Notes: a model not told the origin generated them from the sequence alone. A DNA stretch of 64,000 bases from Ramazzottius varieornatus (GCA_001949185.1 BDGG01000005.1:248001-312000), one strand, 5' to 3'. Shown: positions 47,050-60,679, counted from the stretch's first letter. A program made the numbers and translations.

Positions 47050-50000
47050 TTACGCAGGCTTGAGGCGCTTCCGGGGTGGCCCGAGAGCTGGGTTACCCAT
47101 GAGGTTCTGTTGTTGGGCCAATGCCCGAAAGGCTTCAGCAATGAGGTGTGGATGTGTCTTGACCATGGCTTTCCACTCGGGTGTCTCCATAACCTCGTTA
47201 ACGTGTCTGTCAAAGCATGAAACGGACAATGTAAGAGTCATTGGCTCTGCTATGATGAACTCATAAAAGACATCGATGAAGACAGGTTAATACGTACGAG
47301 TTGATGTACTCTATGGAGGCGGTTTTCAGTTGCTCGGCACTATGCATGTCCGCCAGAATCAGCACATCCGACACATGCTCCACCGACAAGTTGGTCCACA
47401 ACGATTCCTCGCACTGAACTTTTAACCGATCCAGCTCATACTGCAAAGATCAACGCACACATGACTGAGCTTATGGTTCGCTTGCACGGGCACGGGTAGA
47501 GTACAGTTTCGGTTCGAACGTACCTTATCAGCTGCCGCCAGCAGTTCATCGGCCATCTTTTCCATGTTGGGTGCACGACCCGTGTAGATGAAGCGTAAGA
47601 CTTCCTCCAAAACGTCCTCTTGCACATCGTCAATCTTCACCTTGTTGGTCTTGCTTTCCTCCATCTCATGACCGAACATGGCGGCAAATACTCTTGAACG
47701 CGCTATCACAGAGAAACAGCCAATTTAGATCAGCTTCCAAATCGCCGCAAATTTCGTCATGGATCATTTGCGAAAATATTATCGACAGTTTTATCTTGTC
47801 TGAAAACTTTGACCCGGTTGAGTTATGGAAAACTCGCCAGAACGCCGTTAACATTTACTTTTCCTGAGCTAGTATATACTAATTTCTACGAAGAAACCGG
47901 TAAAAGTTGAGCCAGGTTGCCTGCTTGCCCTCAGAGACATTAGTTTGAACGAGGAAGCTTTCGTGTACTTACAGGCGAGAATACTTTTGTGAGCTTTGAG
48001 TTCGCGGTTGGCGGTCGTAAGGATCACGTCGGCAAACTGACCACTTTCCAGCAGCTGCCCGTAGTCTTCTGCCAGCCGGCAGTCGGGTATCTTGAACTGC
48101 GTCGCACTGTTCTGACCGGACACGTTCTGGGAATCTGATATCACGCTCACCTACGAAAGAGAACATTGTTGGTAGATGGTTTTCCACAGTACCGATAACA
48201 TCAAAAAGACTTACTTCGCAGAACAGGGTCAGTTTGTCATCCGGTAGAAGTCCATTAGCTTCGTCCATCAAAAAGTCCCTTCGGATAAACTTTTTGAATC
48301 CCCAATCTTTGCCTTGCACAAATCGATACGCTCTTTGGCTCTCTGTAAAAGAAATCATCAGCCTACGAAAACAAGCTCCTTCCTTCCATGCTTCGAGAAA
48401 CTTACCCATCGCTCTTGTCTCCTCTCGTTTGGCATTCAGAATGGAAAACTTGAATTTGGCTCGTACTTCATTCTTATTGCAGGACACCAAAAACAGGTAA
48501 AGCGACAAGTAATCCTTGCTCTCGTCATCGAGACCTTTCGGGTTCACTCTGAGACACCTGAAAAAGAAGGCAAACAATGAAAATCTGTGGGACTATCATA
48601 TCGTTTCCGCCTTCATATCGTTCTTACCATTTCAGCTTGTCATTTGCACCGGCAGAAAACGTTGAGCTCTTCAATACTTCGCCCATCTCCTCCCTCGTGT
48701 AGGAAAAGTTGTTTATTGTCCAAACGTAGGAAAACTTCTGAACTTTGATCTGCCAAAGACGAACAGTTGGAAGCTAAATCTCAGTTACGTTCTTATGGAA
48801 ATTGTCTAACAAAATTCTCCAGACAATCCAGCCATTACTTTCCGTCTCCGATCTACCAGAAATTTTATGTTTCCATTTTTTTCTTGCCTGCGGAACTCAT
48901 TCCTGTGCGGATGGGTCACCTGCATGCGACCCGATCTCCTTTTGATTTGCCACAAATCTATATTTCGACAAGAAAGCCTCGACATCATTTGCGGAACAAG
49001 GCTGCACGTCACACAAACTCGTCCGAAATAAGACACGCTGTAGTACGCTATATTGATAGCACAGCCTAACCGCAACACCGATTGACATTCAGTCTACTAA
49101 ACGACCTAGAAAGCTACCTATTAACCTTGAGGAGTAATCTCATCGACAAACATGATCCACATCTTTGACCACCGTCAACCTCACACCGCCTTTCCCATCA
49201 CACAGCTACGTACAGACACATCAACTTCTTAACGAACTTAACCCGTTACTCAAGGCGCCACCTTCAAAGAACCTCGACTCTTTGTTCATCTGGGAGCTCG
49301 GCAAGCAAACTCGACAAGTGGCGCACCTTTTCAGTGTTACTAGGTGACAAAGTGCGCCACTTGGAAAAAACGATCTTGCCGAGTTTGTTTCTCCAAGTGG
49401 CGCACGTTGCGGTGTGGTTAGCTGAGACTGTGCGCCCCTTGAGAAAGCGATCTTGCTGAGCCAAAGGTTAGCCATGTCCATCTGTTACTCACTCACGCCT
49501 TATTCCGATATTCCGCTTCCCTGCAAAAACCTTCCAAAAGACGAAAGAAACCAGCGCGTGCAGACAATTGTCATCGGCCGGAACTTTCCACTTGACTGAC
49601 CATTGTGCGGTGTGTCAGGAGGACACCCCACAGGACGGATCACTGGTTCGCGCTCATCTAGTCAAAGACTTTTGTGTCCTGTAGCTCGTGTGCTAGTACT
49701 GGTACTTGACGTCAGGCTCTCAACTCGATCTCAACCATCAAGCTTGATCATCTTTCTCAACGACGACACGCTTTAGGTGCCCTGACCTGTAGGCTACATT
49801 GCCATTATACATCCGTAGGGCTGACTTGCATCTGTCTCTCTTTCGCAAAGTCATCATATCACGTCTCTTGTAGTACGAGAACTATATACTCAGACATGAT
49901 TTACGGATTGTCCGCGGACAACGTTCGCTCAAGGAACCTCGACCTCTCCGACCACAAAACCTGACAAGTTCCTCGAAGGACGAACCCTTTATGGGGCGAG

Positions 50001-52617
50001 ATGGCTGCATTCTTTGAGTCTGCAGCTTGGCTGACACTGCTCTGTAAAACAGCAAAAAGAATGAAGCAGTAATTGAGGTTAAAGTTCCGCCAAGCGCACG
50101 GAGAGATTCTGCTCGCGATCGAGTAAATGGTGGCAACTAAGTCGGATCCGTAGCATGGTTCTTTTGCATATGTATAACCGTAAAAGACTTGTCAGAAACC
50201 GCACAACGAACCATGAACGGAACCGTGCTGATCGATACTTGTGCGTGTTCTACATTTGCCTGTTTTATAAATTAATTGTGCATGACAGGGTTTGTCAACG
50301 CTACGAGCTTCGGACAGCGGTACAGTAGCAGCTCCAGATTGTTGGACGTTAAACTAGAATATAAGAGCAACACCGATCGAAACTACGACCCACAAACTAG
50401 AATACGATCACTGTGCTACTGTACGCAACTGCATCGCCCACTTAATGTAACGAGCAACTAGGATAATAAACCATCACAATCGCTGCCTGCATGCACAACG
50501 GACGGTACCTCAGACCTCGCTCACAGGCCGTCGTCAACCCCGAACCCTACCATGAGACCCAACGAACTTTACGCCCATCCCAGTCCCGAAGAACCTTAAA
50601 TCAAGCTGCGCTGGTCTTTTCGAAGCAGTTCGGAGACCAGTCCTGCATATGTACGAGACTACGACAGTACTCTTCGAGTATGCGAGCGCGCGAACTCAAA
50701 CGGTCCTTTCGTGGGTTCGCGCATTCTCCCGCGGTCTTTCTCATCTCGCAAGACGGCAGCTTCCCGCGAATCGATTGTGCTATGTGACATGTGCGGTGTA
50801 TAACGCCTGTGATAGAATTTTAGAAATCCAAGTCAACCTGTTTCTTCCTTCTGTTGACATACAGTTGAATTTGTCCTCGTTCAGGTCAAAGGCTCCATGA
50901 CTACTATACACACCCTCGTCTGAACGTCTGAACTCTCAAGCTGTGCATGCGTCTCACAGCCTTTTGAAATGTCGACTTTTCTCTTGTGACACTTGTTCCG
51001 AAATTATTGTTATTATGAACTCCGTACGCGATTATTCCACTGCTCCGCCAGTGAAGTCAAGCCTTTCTTTCTCTCTTCTTGAACGGCTGAACTTGCCCCG
51101 AACCAGGCCAACGTTCACATTCTCCCAGCTCCGGACATTCAATCGAATGTTTCTCGCTCTGATTACGTTATCCTAACCCCAATGTGCCTCTCTCCCCTCA
51201 ACGTAAAAAAAAACACATCCAAAAAGCATTCAGAGAACAGGCATGGAAACTCAATAAGTTTGTTTTCCCCAAGTAGCGCACTCCTCCAGCCAATTACACC
51301 AGAAACGTGCGCCACTTTGAAAGAACGATCTTGGCGAGTTTGCTTACCGAGTTCCGAACATTCAAAACGACTTCCAAATGCTGAGGGATCTTCGAATATT
51401 CGCGGAGTGTTTCGTGAAAGAAAGGTGAGCCTCTTTGTTGAGTCTTGGTGCTTCTCCTGCGGGGAACTGCCTGCGGAAGTGTACGTCAAAATGTGATAGT
51501 TATTGCGTAAACGGAGGTAGAGTCGTAGTAAATTGTCTTTGTAGAATACCAATACATGCATAACATTGGCATCAGACAGAATCTGCTACGCTTTGCTCGA
51601 CTTGAGGCAGGGAACCCAACGGTGTGCTTCCTGGCAGCCATCAAATGGAGCTCGCTAGCTATTACATAACCCGAGCTGCTTGAAAGCTTTCCAATAATGA
51701 CGCTGGCTGATTGTGTTTGGACCTCATAGTCGCCGTCTAGCTGCTGCCTGCAGAAGCACATACAAAGGCCAAAGCTAGTAACGTAACCAACCCTACAACC
51801 TATCTCCTGTTTCAAGGTGGCCAAAACCGACCAAGTCGAGACTGGCTTTGAGTTCCTTCCTGGAACGAGACTTGGCAGAAAGCCGACCACAGCCTTCTTT
51901 CTGTTCTCCTGTAGGATGGTTGCCTTTCACATGTCTGCAACTAAAGATAAATATACGACGCATATCATTTGGTCGAGGATATATGGCAGAGATTGACTGA
52001 CGCAACGAATTACGACGGCTTGACATACTAATCGACCAGTTAAGCGCTCGCCTTGTTGAAGGTCGCGCTTCAACGTCCCTGTCCTCATGGCCATCTGATA
52101 TCATACTGACCACATAGCACCATATTTGAAGGCCCACGCTACCTAGATGCAGACAAGGATGTCCTATGCTCAGCATGAATGCCAAAGGGATTTAGCATAA
52201 GTCATTGCAAAGAAGCTCTCTCATAAGCCAGCAAGATTTCATAAGCAGAGAGAATATGTAACGGAAGAAGTAATCAACCACCACGCATCCAACCGAAATA
52301 TACCCTTTTTTCTTCACACTTCCAAGGGTGGACGTCCCTAAAGCCTTTCGCAAAAGAGCTGAGCCAATTAACCTACGAACAATGTGCTGGGGAGAAAGAG
52401 GACAGTAACGAATTAGGATAACGAGCTGTAATATGATAATACCGTAATTATTCACGTAATTTCATCGAATTCTATGGCACTGTCAAACGAAGGAATGGCT
52501 GGTTTGTCAAAGTTGTTAGTTGGTTCCTTAGGGACTTACGTGAGTGTAGCACCAGTTTTCAGCGCTGCTGGAGCAGTCTGCAGTTCCAGGCGATGGCGAA
52601 GGGCTGGAGACGGCCAT
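47050..52617 (-). CDS. SPOP: Speckle-type POZ protein (MATH-BTB-BACK; roadkill/HIB orthologue)
   Basis: First coding exon 52617-52540 (MAVSSP...AENWCYTH), 3.8-kb intron, then [65 protein letters not shown] domain and C-terminal PPRKRLK NLS. Confidence 0.97.
49292..49461. mobile_element. Palindromic MITE-like element, copy 7, tandem double hairpin (SPOP intron 1)
   Basis: gggagctcggcaagcaaactcgacaagtggcgcac-loop-gtgcgccacttgg..acgatcttgccgagtttg, then a second caagtggcgcac-loop-gtgcgccccttg..cgatcttgctgag. Confidence 0.85.
51245..51356. mobile_element. Palindromic MITE-like element, copy 8 (SPOP intron 1)
   Basis: ccaagtagcgcac-..cagccaat..-gtgcgccacttt..acgatcttggcgagtttgcttaccgagttcc. Confidence 0.8.
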
Positions 52618-53400
52618 GCTCGAACTGGAGGAAATGTTGGCACGCTGTGTAGGATCCAGGGTGACGGAGGGGGCTTTTATTCCGAGAAAACCTTTGGCAT
52701 CGACCACCGAGGCTGCTGCAGTGTAATCCAAAATTAGTAGAACAAGTGATCTGTGTGATGGAGAAGAGGCCCACTTGATCGGTTCGATCGTAATATCCAC
52801 AAGTTGACGAGTCAGAAAGCGTGACCTGCAGTCCACTTTGTTTCGCCTACTGCTCCTTCACCCGCTGGTCACCATCCCGTAAGTTCACTGCAGAGAGTGG
52901 CCGGCTGGCTTGGTCAATCCAGGAAGAATCTACGCTGGGACTTGAGGGTGATCGAGAAAGAAGGTTTTCTACAAACTTGTGGAGACAGTGAACTAAATTT
53001 TGCCACCGCGTTTAACATGGCAGACATGCTGAACTCACGGAAAGGCTATTATGGTGTGATGTCGTCATGCGTGTTGGGCAACCCGCCCTATTCGTCAGTT
53101 TATGGAGGACATAACCATGGCGGGCGGTACCATCCCCTACGCTCAAGGTTGATTGATTGATCAGGCTTGATTTGATGGTTAGAACAAAGAAAAGCGTCGA
53201 AATAGTCCATCCACCGGTCATAGACCCAAATCGGACCGGTGAACGCTGCTGTCAAAGGTGTTTGGTGTAGTGGCCGTCGTGCCAGGGATGCAGAACGTAC
53301 CAAGAAAATGGAAAAATCAACCAGTATGTAGCACACAACAGAAAAGTCTGAAATTCGCAAGACATTGAGATCGCACGAGATTCCTTGTGACGCCAAGAGC

Positions 53401-54505
53401 CTAGGCTTTGCTGGCAAGCTGTGATGGGAATGAAAATCGCGAGGCTTGGTTCTTTGCAGCCACAGTCGCCTCCGTGACCGGATCAGAGGCTTTGGAGAAT
53501 CTTCCCTTCTCGCCAATGGACGGTAGATTGGACGTAGGATCAGGCGTATTCGTCTCTTGGTGTCGAAGTGTGGTACCGGAAGTGGACGTTTGGATGTAGA
53601 CCTCCTGCCAGTCCCACTGGTCGTCGGTCTGAAAAGAAAAAGATGTTAGCGTTAGGAAATCCACAAAGAAAACAAATTAATGGCGGTAAAGGAAAATGGT
53701 CAATTAACATACTTCTGCCGGTTTAGGTGCCATCCGCGCAAGTTCGTGCAATATGGACAGTGAGATCCCATTTGGCATTGCACCCTTGGTGTCAGAATTT
53801 GTGAACGATGGAGCTTTCCGTTCCAGTTCCTGTCGGTCGGCCATTGCTTTCATTGCAGCCTGTTTGAAGTTTTGGCCGAAGCTGAAAAAAGAGGGATAAT
53901 GACTTGAACCAGATCAATTCGTTTCCGGGTTGCTGGAGATCGAGCTACATAGTTCTGTTCTGTTGCTGGCGCTCTGCAGCGTCTTGGTTTGCAGGACAAC
54001 ATAGAGCTTTTGTATGTACTCCTCGTCTCCTGTTCTGCTACGGTGCTACCACTTACTAGTTTACCAAGTAGGAACTGAATCCCAGATCAGGGCTTTCGCC
54101 GGAGGCTTTGCGGATGGTCGCGCCATTTTCTGCTTCTGCAAAATCACTTATGTTTACGATAGTACTAAGAGATTTCTTTCGCGAGATCGACAAACTCTCA
54201 GCTCGGCTTAAAAATCGCACCTTTCGATTGGAGTGTATTCGCACTTGGTGAATGTGGGATTTTGGAAATGCTGCAAAAAAGACACTTCATAACATTTTCC
54301 ACTCTTTCACCGTTCATATCACACAAAAACTCAGCAGCCACGTGACTTACACGGCATTGGCTTCTTCATCAGTTGTGCCGGTTGGTCCAGAGTTCGGAGG
54401 CACAGCTAGCGATGACTTCCTTCGTCCGATCCTGGGCACGCTGTTTTTCAGGGCCTGCTTCAGATCGGTCATCGACGACATTGTTCTTCCCAGTTTGTTG
54501 TCCAT
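53401..54505 (-). CDS. Divergent IFT43-like protein (intraflagellar transport complex A), four coding exons
   Basis: Phase-compatible exons give about 235 aa with PRIGRR, TIVNISDFAEAE and GISLSIL...ETDDQWDWQEVYIQTS. These are collinear with remembered IFT43 motifs (KMGRR, IPIIPDLEEVQE, IDLKLL...EDDVGWDWDHLFTEVS). Confidence 0.6.
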
Positions 54506-55255
54506 GGCACAGGACAGGAAGCGTAGGGTGGTACTATTGCTCTTTGTCGAGTTTGAAGCAATTTGCACTTCTGGCTGAACCCAGAATACAACGAGGAAGT
54601 TCTCAGGGTTCCTAGGACTAGTTGGGCAAGCAGTAGTTACTTTTGACTGCGAAAATGTTTCCTGTCAGCACGACTTAAACGGTTAAACCCGTGAATCGTG
54701 AGAAATAAACTTACCTATGGACCGTGTATGCAATGAAGCGTCCCGCGTTCCGAGATCTCGATCGATCATCACTGCAGAGAGCTTTCCCCGTCTCTCCATT
54801 CGCGCAGAGAAAACTTCACACAGTTTCCGGTGTACGAGTGCAGCGCTTTCTGCCCCGGACCGTTACCCCCAGGCGAACCAAACTTCCCCAGGGGCTTGCT
54901 TCCTTCCATAGAAAGACTGAAAACTTTGGTCATCGACTCATCGTTACAATATAACGTTATTTCATCTCCTGTGGTTTCTCTGGAGTGTGAAAGTTCCAGA
55001 TTGCTTACATCCCAAGTTTCCATTACTTCCCTTCCCGATCTCGAAGCTGGGATCCTGCGATCGTTTACTGGGACCACTATCGGGACCATCCTGAGTGCTT
55101 TCCAGATCTCGAAGCTTCGCATTTCACCTTGATTCATTCATTTCGAGCAGAAGCAGACTGTTACGGTGACGACTCGTTCTGCTGTTTTCCATATAATACT
55201 CCTTTCGTACGGAAAGAACTCAGGATACTAATTGCTCTCGTTCTGCAGAAGCAAC

Positions 55256-55948
55256 ATGGCTGGGAAAGTGCGCCTTTCCAGCAACGATAACGAAGTCTTC
55301 GATGTGGATTTGGACGTGATCAAGGTTAGTGAAGGCAATCATTTGTGAGCTTGCATTCATCCATCGTTATGGACAAAGTACCTATACCCTACTCTTTCTT
55401 TCACTCTGGCTTAGCTTTCTGGTACTGTCAAGAATATGCTGGACGATTTGGGTGTTGGAGAGGGTGGAGATGCCTCAGCTGGTGGAGACGACGAGATTAT
55501 ACCGTTACCAATGGTCACCGGAGCGATTTTGAAGAAGGTAACTACAGACTAATCATATAAAGTTACCATACATACGTTCATGTGAAAAATTCCCTCATGA
55601 TGTTGCCTTTAGGTTCTAGTATGGGCAGAATTCCACAAGAATGATCCAGTAACTCGCGATAGCGACGACGACACCAGCAAGAGAACTGACGATATCGGTC
55701 AATGGGACAGTGAATTCCTGAAGGTGGACCAAGGCACCTTGTTCGAACTGATCCTCGCAGCCAATTACTTGGACATGAAGGGGCTGTTGGACGTCTGCTG
55801 TAAAACAGTGGCCAACATGATCAAGGGAAAGAGTCCAGAGGAGATTCGTCGAACTTTCAATATTCGAAACGACTTCACACCCGAGGAAGAGGAAGCTGTA
55901 CGAAAGGAGAACGAGTGGTGCGAAGACCGCGATCAAACTCCCCGATGA
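55256..55948 (+). CDS. SKP1: S-phase kinase-associated protein 1, three coding exons
   Basis: [91 protein letters not shown]. Confidence 0.97.
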
Positions 55949-56906
55949 GATGGGTTCGTGATGGGAAGACCGAGCACAAGTTCGTCGCTCTTGTAAAGAT
56001 CAGGTATACTTCTTTGAGGCTGCATGTCGCTTCTTGCTTGTGCTTCTGCACGTTCAAACAAATCTCCCATACAATTTACTTTAATCGCTTTTGACCGCAA
56101 CTTCTCCTTTTCAGGATTGTAGAATGTCTTTTCATGTGTAATCGGTGGATTTGTTTCGTAAGTGTTGTACTCATCGTATAAGTTCTTTCTGAATTCATTG
56201 CGGTTAGAAGTCCCCTGCACCCTTGGGTGTCTCCTTCTTCAAAAACTCCCTAGCGTCTGTTTTTAAGCCTACGCTTGTTGTGTCACAGTTGGCTTCCGGC
56301 TGGATCACAATTTCACACCCTTTACGAACTAGGATACATTGTCATAAAGATAAGGATCATAAACACCCATCGCGGGTTGCTCCAGTCTAGCTGTTTCATG
56401 AACAGGCGAGCTGATGGATGGGCTACGATGGTCCGTATTTGGGTAATATTGAAATATCTGACGGCAAAATGTTTTGGTCCGGGGAAACCTTTAGATGCAT
56501 CGTCTTCTAGTGTTTTAGACATAGGGTTCGTGACGGTTGTGTGGGATTAGAGTATCACGGTTCTCAGTGATATGAAACGTTCCCCAATCGATCCACCATA
56601 CAATACTATCTTTTCCGTGCAAACATATACCATTATTGATAATGGCCCAGTTCTTCATGATGATTGAGCGGTTCAGGAACTGGTTACACAGGCTGAGTTG
56701 CGGAACTCAAACAGCAACGCGTTGGTGATATTGCCTGCGCATGCTCACTATGACCATCGTTTCCACAATGGTCTCTCATGTGGACTGAGGCGTTCGCGTA
56801 TCGTTTCCCTGTTAATTTGGTGGTCCTGAGTTCTTGGCTTCAGTCACAGTTGCGAGCCGCGATCTCCGGGACAGCGTCGTAACAGAATACAAAAACCGGA
56901 AACAGG

Positions 56907-59900
56907 ATGGTACGTGAGAGCCAGTTTTCTTCAAAACTGATCTTCTCGTGCATGAAGTTTTAGCCTTCAGTTATATCACTACTGTCTCCAACGTGAGCAT
57001 TATTCTAGACGAAGCAGACCATCATCATTACGCGCGAAGCCACTATCGCGACATCGAATGGAACTGTGGTAACTCCAGGAGAGGACCCGGTGAGGGCTCC
57101 AGTAGATGGTTCAGACAGGACAAATGGAGACGCAGGTCGAGCTCAGTGGGGAAATAAAGTGGAGTTCCTGTTATCCTGCATCAGCTTGTCGGTCGGTCTC
57201 GGAAACGTGTGGAGGTTCCCTTACCTTGCCTACGCAAATGGAGGAGGTCTGTACAACTACCTTCCGTTGACAAATTAAAGCAACGTTTTAGATCTCTGTC
57301 TCTTGTGAATTCGTTTCATCACTTCCTGGTCTGATTTCCGTCCTCAAGGTGGAACAAATCACTGTTGACCAAGTGTTACATTCCTTACTTGTTTCAGGAG
57401 CCTTTTTGTTACCCTACATCGTGGTCCTGTTCCTGGTGGGTAAGCCAATGTATTTTATGGAAATTGCGGCTGGACAATATCACGCCAAGTCCCCTGTTCC
57501 GATATGGAAAAGAATCGCTCCGATCGCAAAAGGCATCGGCATGGCGCAAATCGTCATTAGCTTCTGTGTCGCCGTATACTATGGTACCTCTCGAACAAGT
57601 CGCCTCTGTTCTAAACGTTGCCACTATCAACAAAGATCTTCTTTTAGCCGTTATCATGTCGTGGGTGATGTACTACTTCTGGGCAACGCTCGTCGCCGCG
57701 TGCCAAGGAAAGGCAGTACCATGGGAGAACTTCTGTGAAAATGACTGGGCCTACAATAAGACCTGCTTCAGTACTTCCACCTACGTCGAAAGACCCAACT
57801 ACACATTTGTGCCGGTTGTCAACTTCGACAACAATGAGACAGAATCCGAAAGAAAGGTTTCCTCGGCCCAACAGTACTACGACCGCTTCGTGATGATGAA
57901 GGTACAGGTTGCTCGTCTCGCGTACTGTATCGAAACCGGAGGTACCTGAGTGTCAAGGGATCTTCGCTCTTTGTAAGCGCGTGTCTTTCTTGTAGTACGA
58001 AAAGGCGAGCCCCAACATTTTCACTATCACGAACTTGGGAGACGTTAACCTGCTCATGTTGGCTTCCCTTGCTGGATGTTGGCTGGTCATCTACGTGTCG
58101 CTGGTCAAGGTGCGAATAAGGACTTGCAATTGGAAACGATTTCGACTCGCGCATAGCCAAACAGTACCAGAGTGAGCTAGCATAGGAGACTTCTGTTTTG
58201 ATTTTAGGGAGTGCAAAGCTCGGGAAAAGTGGTTTACGTTACCTCGACTATGCCGTTCATCGTCTTGTTTATTCTTTTGATTCGAGGTACCCGAACAGGC
58301 CCGAACTACGGTGGTCGATTTCCCAAAGAACGCTTGTCACCATAATCTTATTTGACAGGTGTCACGCTGGACAACGCGACGCAAGGAATCCTCTACTTTA
58401 TAGTGCCGAAGTTCGAGAAACTATTAGATATTCAGGTATGGTGCGTCCCTGCCTGATCAGTCTCCACACAATGGAACCGAAAGTTACGCAGTTCAATAAT
58501 TTCCGTTTTTTTTCTATTAGACGTGGCGTGCGGCTGCGGAACAGATGTTTTTCTCACTCGGAGTGGCGTTTGGGACGCTTACTATGTTAGGTATCGGACA
58601 CGAGGAGCACTCTAGAGTGCCCGCTTCGAGATTGAAGAACGTCACAGTGTCCAATTCAGCTTAATTTCAGGCTCTTACAATAAATTCAACAACAATTGCT
58701 ACAGGTAATTCGTATAGGCGTTGTTGAGTACGTAATGTGCGTGAAATCGGAGCTCGTGCTGGGAGGTTATTGCAGAATTCTGTTCTCGATATTTAGGGAC
58801 GGGTTGATCGTGTCGGTTCTGGACTCTGCAACTAGCGTCATTTCTGGTCTAGCCATGTTTTCAATATTAGGCTACTTGGCTGGTCAGATGGACGTGGGTA
58901 TCGAAAACGTGGTGGACTCTGGCCCGGGATTAGCGTTCGTGACGTTCCCCGATGCAGTGACCACCATGCCGGTTCCTGCTTTGTGGTCTTTGCTCTTTTT
59001 CATCATGTGAGTTGTTCAGAGTTCTGACGCTTGACGGCATTTTGTGACTTGGGTTTCGTGCTTGACCTAGGCTCTTCACTTTGGGTCTTGGATCTGAAAT
59101 CGCACTCTTGGAAAATTCCCTGACGTACCTTTGCGACCGCTTCCCGCAGCTCAGAGCAAAGCGCCCACTGGTGACGCTGGCTGCGGTTGTCCTTTGCTTC
59201 CTCATCGACATTCCGTTTGTTACGCAGGTAAATACGCTCTGCATCACACTCTGCGCCATTCTTTCTTGTCAGTTTCGGATGGAAAACTTGCTTTTTTCAG
59301 GGTGGCTATGAACTCTTCGAGGTATTTGACAAATACGCTGGCGGCCTGGCCGTGTTGATAGTGGCCGCTGCCGAAGTTCTTTGTATAATGTGGGTCTATG
59401 GGTTGAAGCGGTTCTTGAACGACCTCCAAGGTATGAAGTTAACTCATTATAAGCGCACCTTCTACGGTATCTCCACAATCCTCTTTGCAGAGATGCTGGG
59501 TAAAACCGGAAATCTAGGCTGGTACTGGAGGTGAGTTATTGTGACAGTAATGCAGAGGGAATCGCTCCTTTCGCGTAGTGCTATACAACGATACGATGGA
59601 ATATCTTCAGGACCGCGTGGTTGATCCTGGCGCCGGTGACTTTGCTCGTAAGTTCCAACTTCCGGGTTATGGAGTGACTCGAGTTCGCTATCCCTTCCTT
59701 TGGTAAATCACGACCTGCTCGTAGTTCATCACTATCGTATCAATCACAAGTTTCGAGCTGATGTCTCAGCCCGGCGTCAACAACATTCCTCCGTGGGCCG
59801 ATGGAATTGGGTGGTCCTTAACAGCCCTAGCCGTTGTCCAGTTACCGCTCTGGGCCGCTATCGTGCTGTATAAAGCACCAGGAAATACGTTCGGCGAGGT

Positions 59901-60131
59901 AAGCTACTACTTATAAGCTCCTCAATTGGGCAAACCGTTCCTCGTCGGTCAGCTAACAACTCTATCTTTTTGCAGAAGTTCCACCAAAGCTTGTGGCCGG
60001 ATACCATTGTGAACCCTCGTTCTTCGAAGATGGAAATGAACCAAAACGGAATTAGCACGAACGGAAATTATCTCGGTCCCGATCAGAAAATACTGTCGTC
60101 ATACGACAATCAAGCGTTCCATCGAGACTAG
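56907..60131 (+). CDS. SLC6 sodium-dependent transporter, nutrient amino-acid transporter (NAT)-like, many exons
   Basis: [76 protein letters not shown]-terminal YDNQAF. The ATG is inferred at the end of an upstream exon (56907-56909). Confidence 0.93.
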
Positions 60132-60629
60132 CTCCAATAAACTTGCTTTCGTAGTTTCTACAGCATACAACTGAAGTCTTTCTTCTTCTCGTGATTGTAA
60201 GCTATTCTTCATTGCAAGCTCAAGTTTCTTTTGGAATAAATCAAAGTTATCAATCCGTGCTATTTAGGTTGACACTTTGGCCTAAATTTTGCAAGGTTTT
60301 ATTTCTACAAAACGGAAAGAACAGTCCCTCTCTGGATACTTACTACAGATCACGAGGGCATCAAAGACTGACAGTTTCCAAGATATTCTCAGCTATGGCA
60401 GCACGAGCAGAAAGTTGGACAACGTTAAAAATTTTTCACAAAAGTAGTTACTGAATCTCTCTCTGTGTTTAGAACTCCAAGACTTAGCTGGTCTAACATC
60501 ACCGCATTATAGACCTCACATGAACACTTTCATCACTACAGTAGTAAAGAGCTTCTGCTCACAACATCGAATAAGAACGCCAACGACGACGTGAAACAGC
60601 TAATACCCCCCCCCCCCCCAAAGTCCAAA

Positions 60630-60679
60630 NNNNNNNNNNNNNNNNNNNNNNNNNNNNNNNNNNNNNNNNNNNNNNNNNN
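60630..60679. other. Assembly gap (50 N) flanked by poly-C runs
   Basis: N run in the sequence, with a 14-C run shortly before it and an 8-C run immediately after. Confidence 0.99.

Noticed and set aside
49292-49461. CRISPR-like repeat-spacer pattern
   Set aside because: Only two cores, arms are inverted rather than direct repeats, the context is a eukaryotic intron and no cas genes are present.
53401-54505. N-terminal extension exons of a long SPOP isoform
   Set aside because: The exons end in their own stop at 53401 and carry IFT43-like motifs; SPOP has its own conserved MAVS start at 52617.
54769-55137. 122-aa minus-strand ORF upstream of the IFT43-like gene
   Set aside because: No motif; it stops before a splice donor and overlaps the probable promoter and 5'UTR region.
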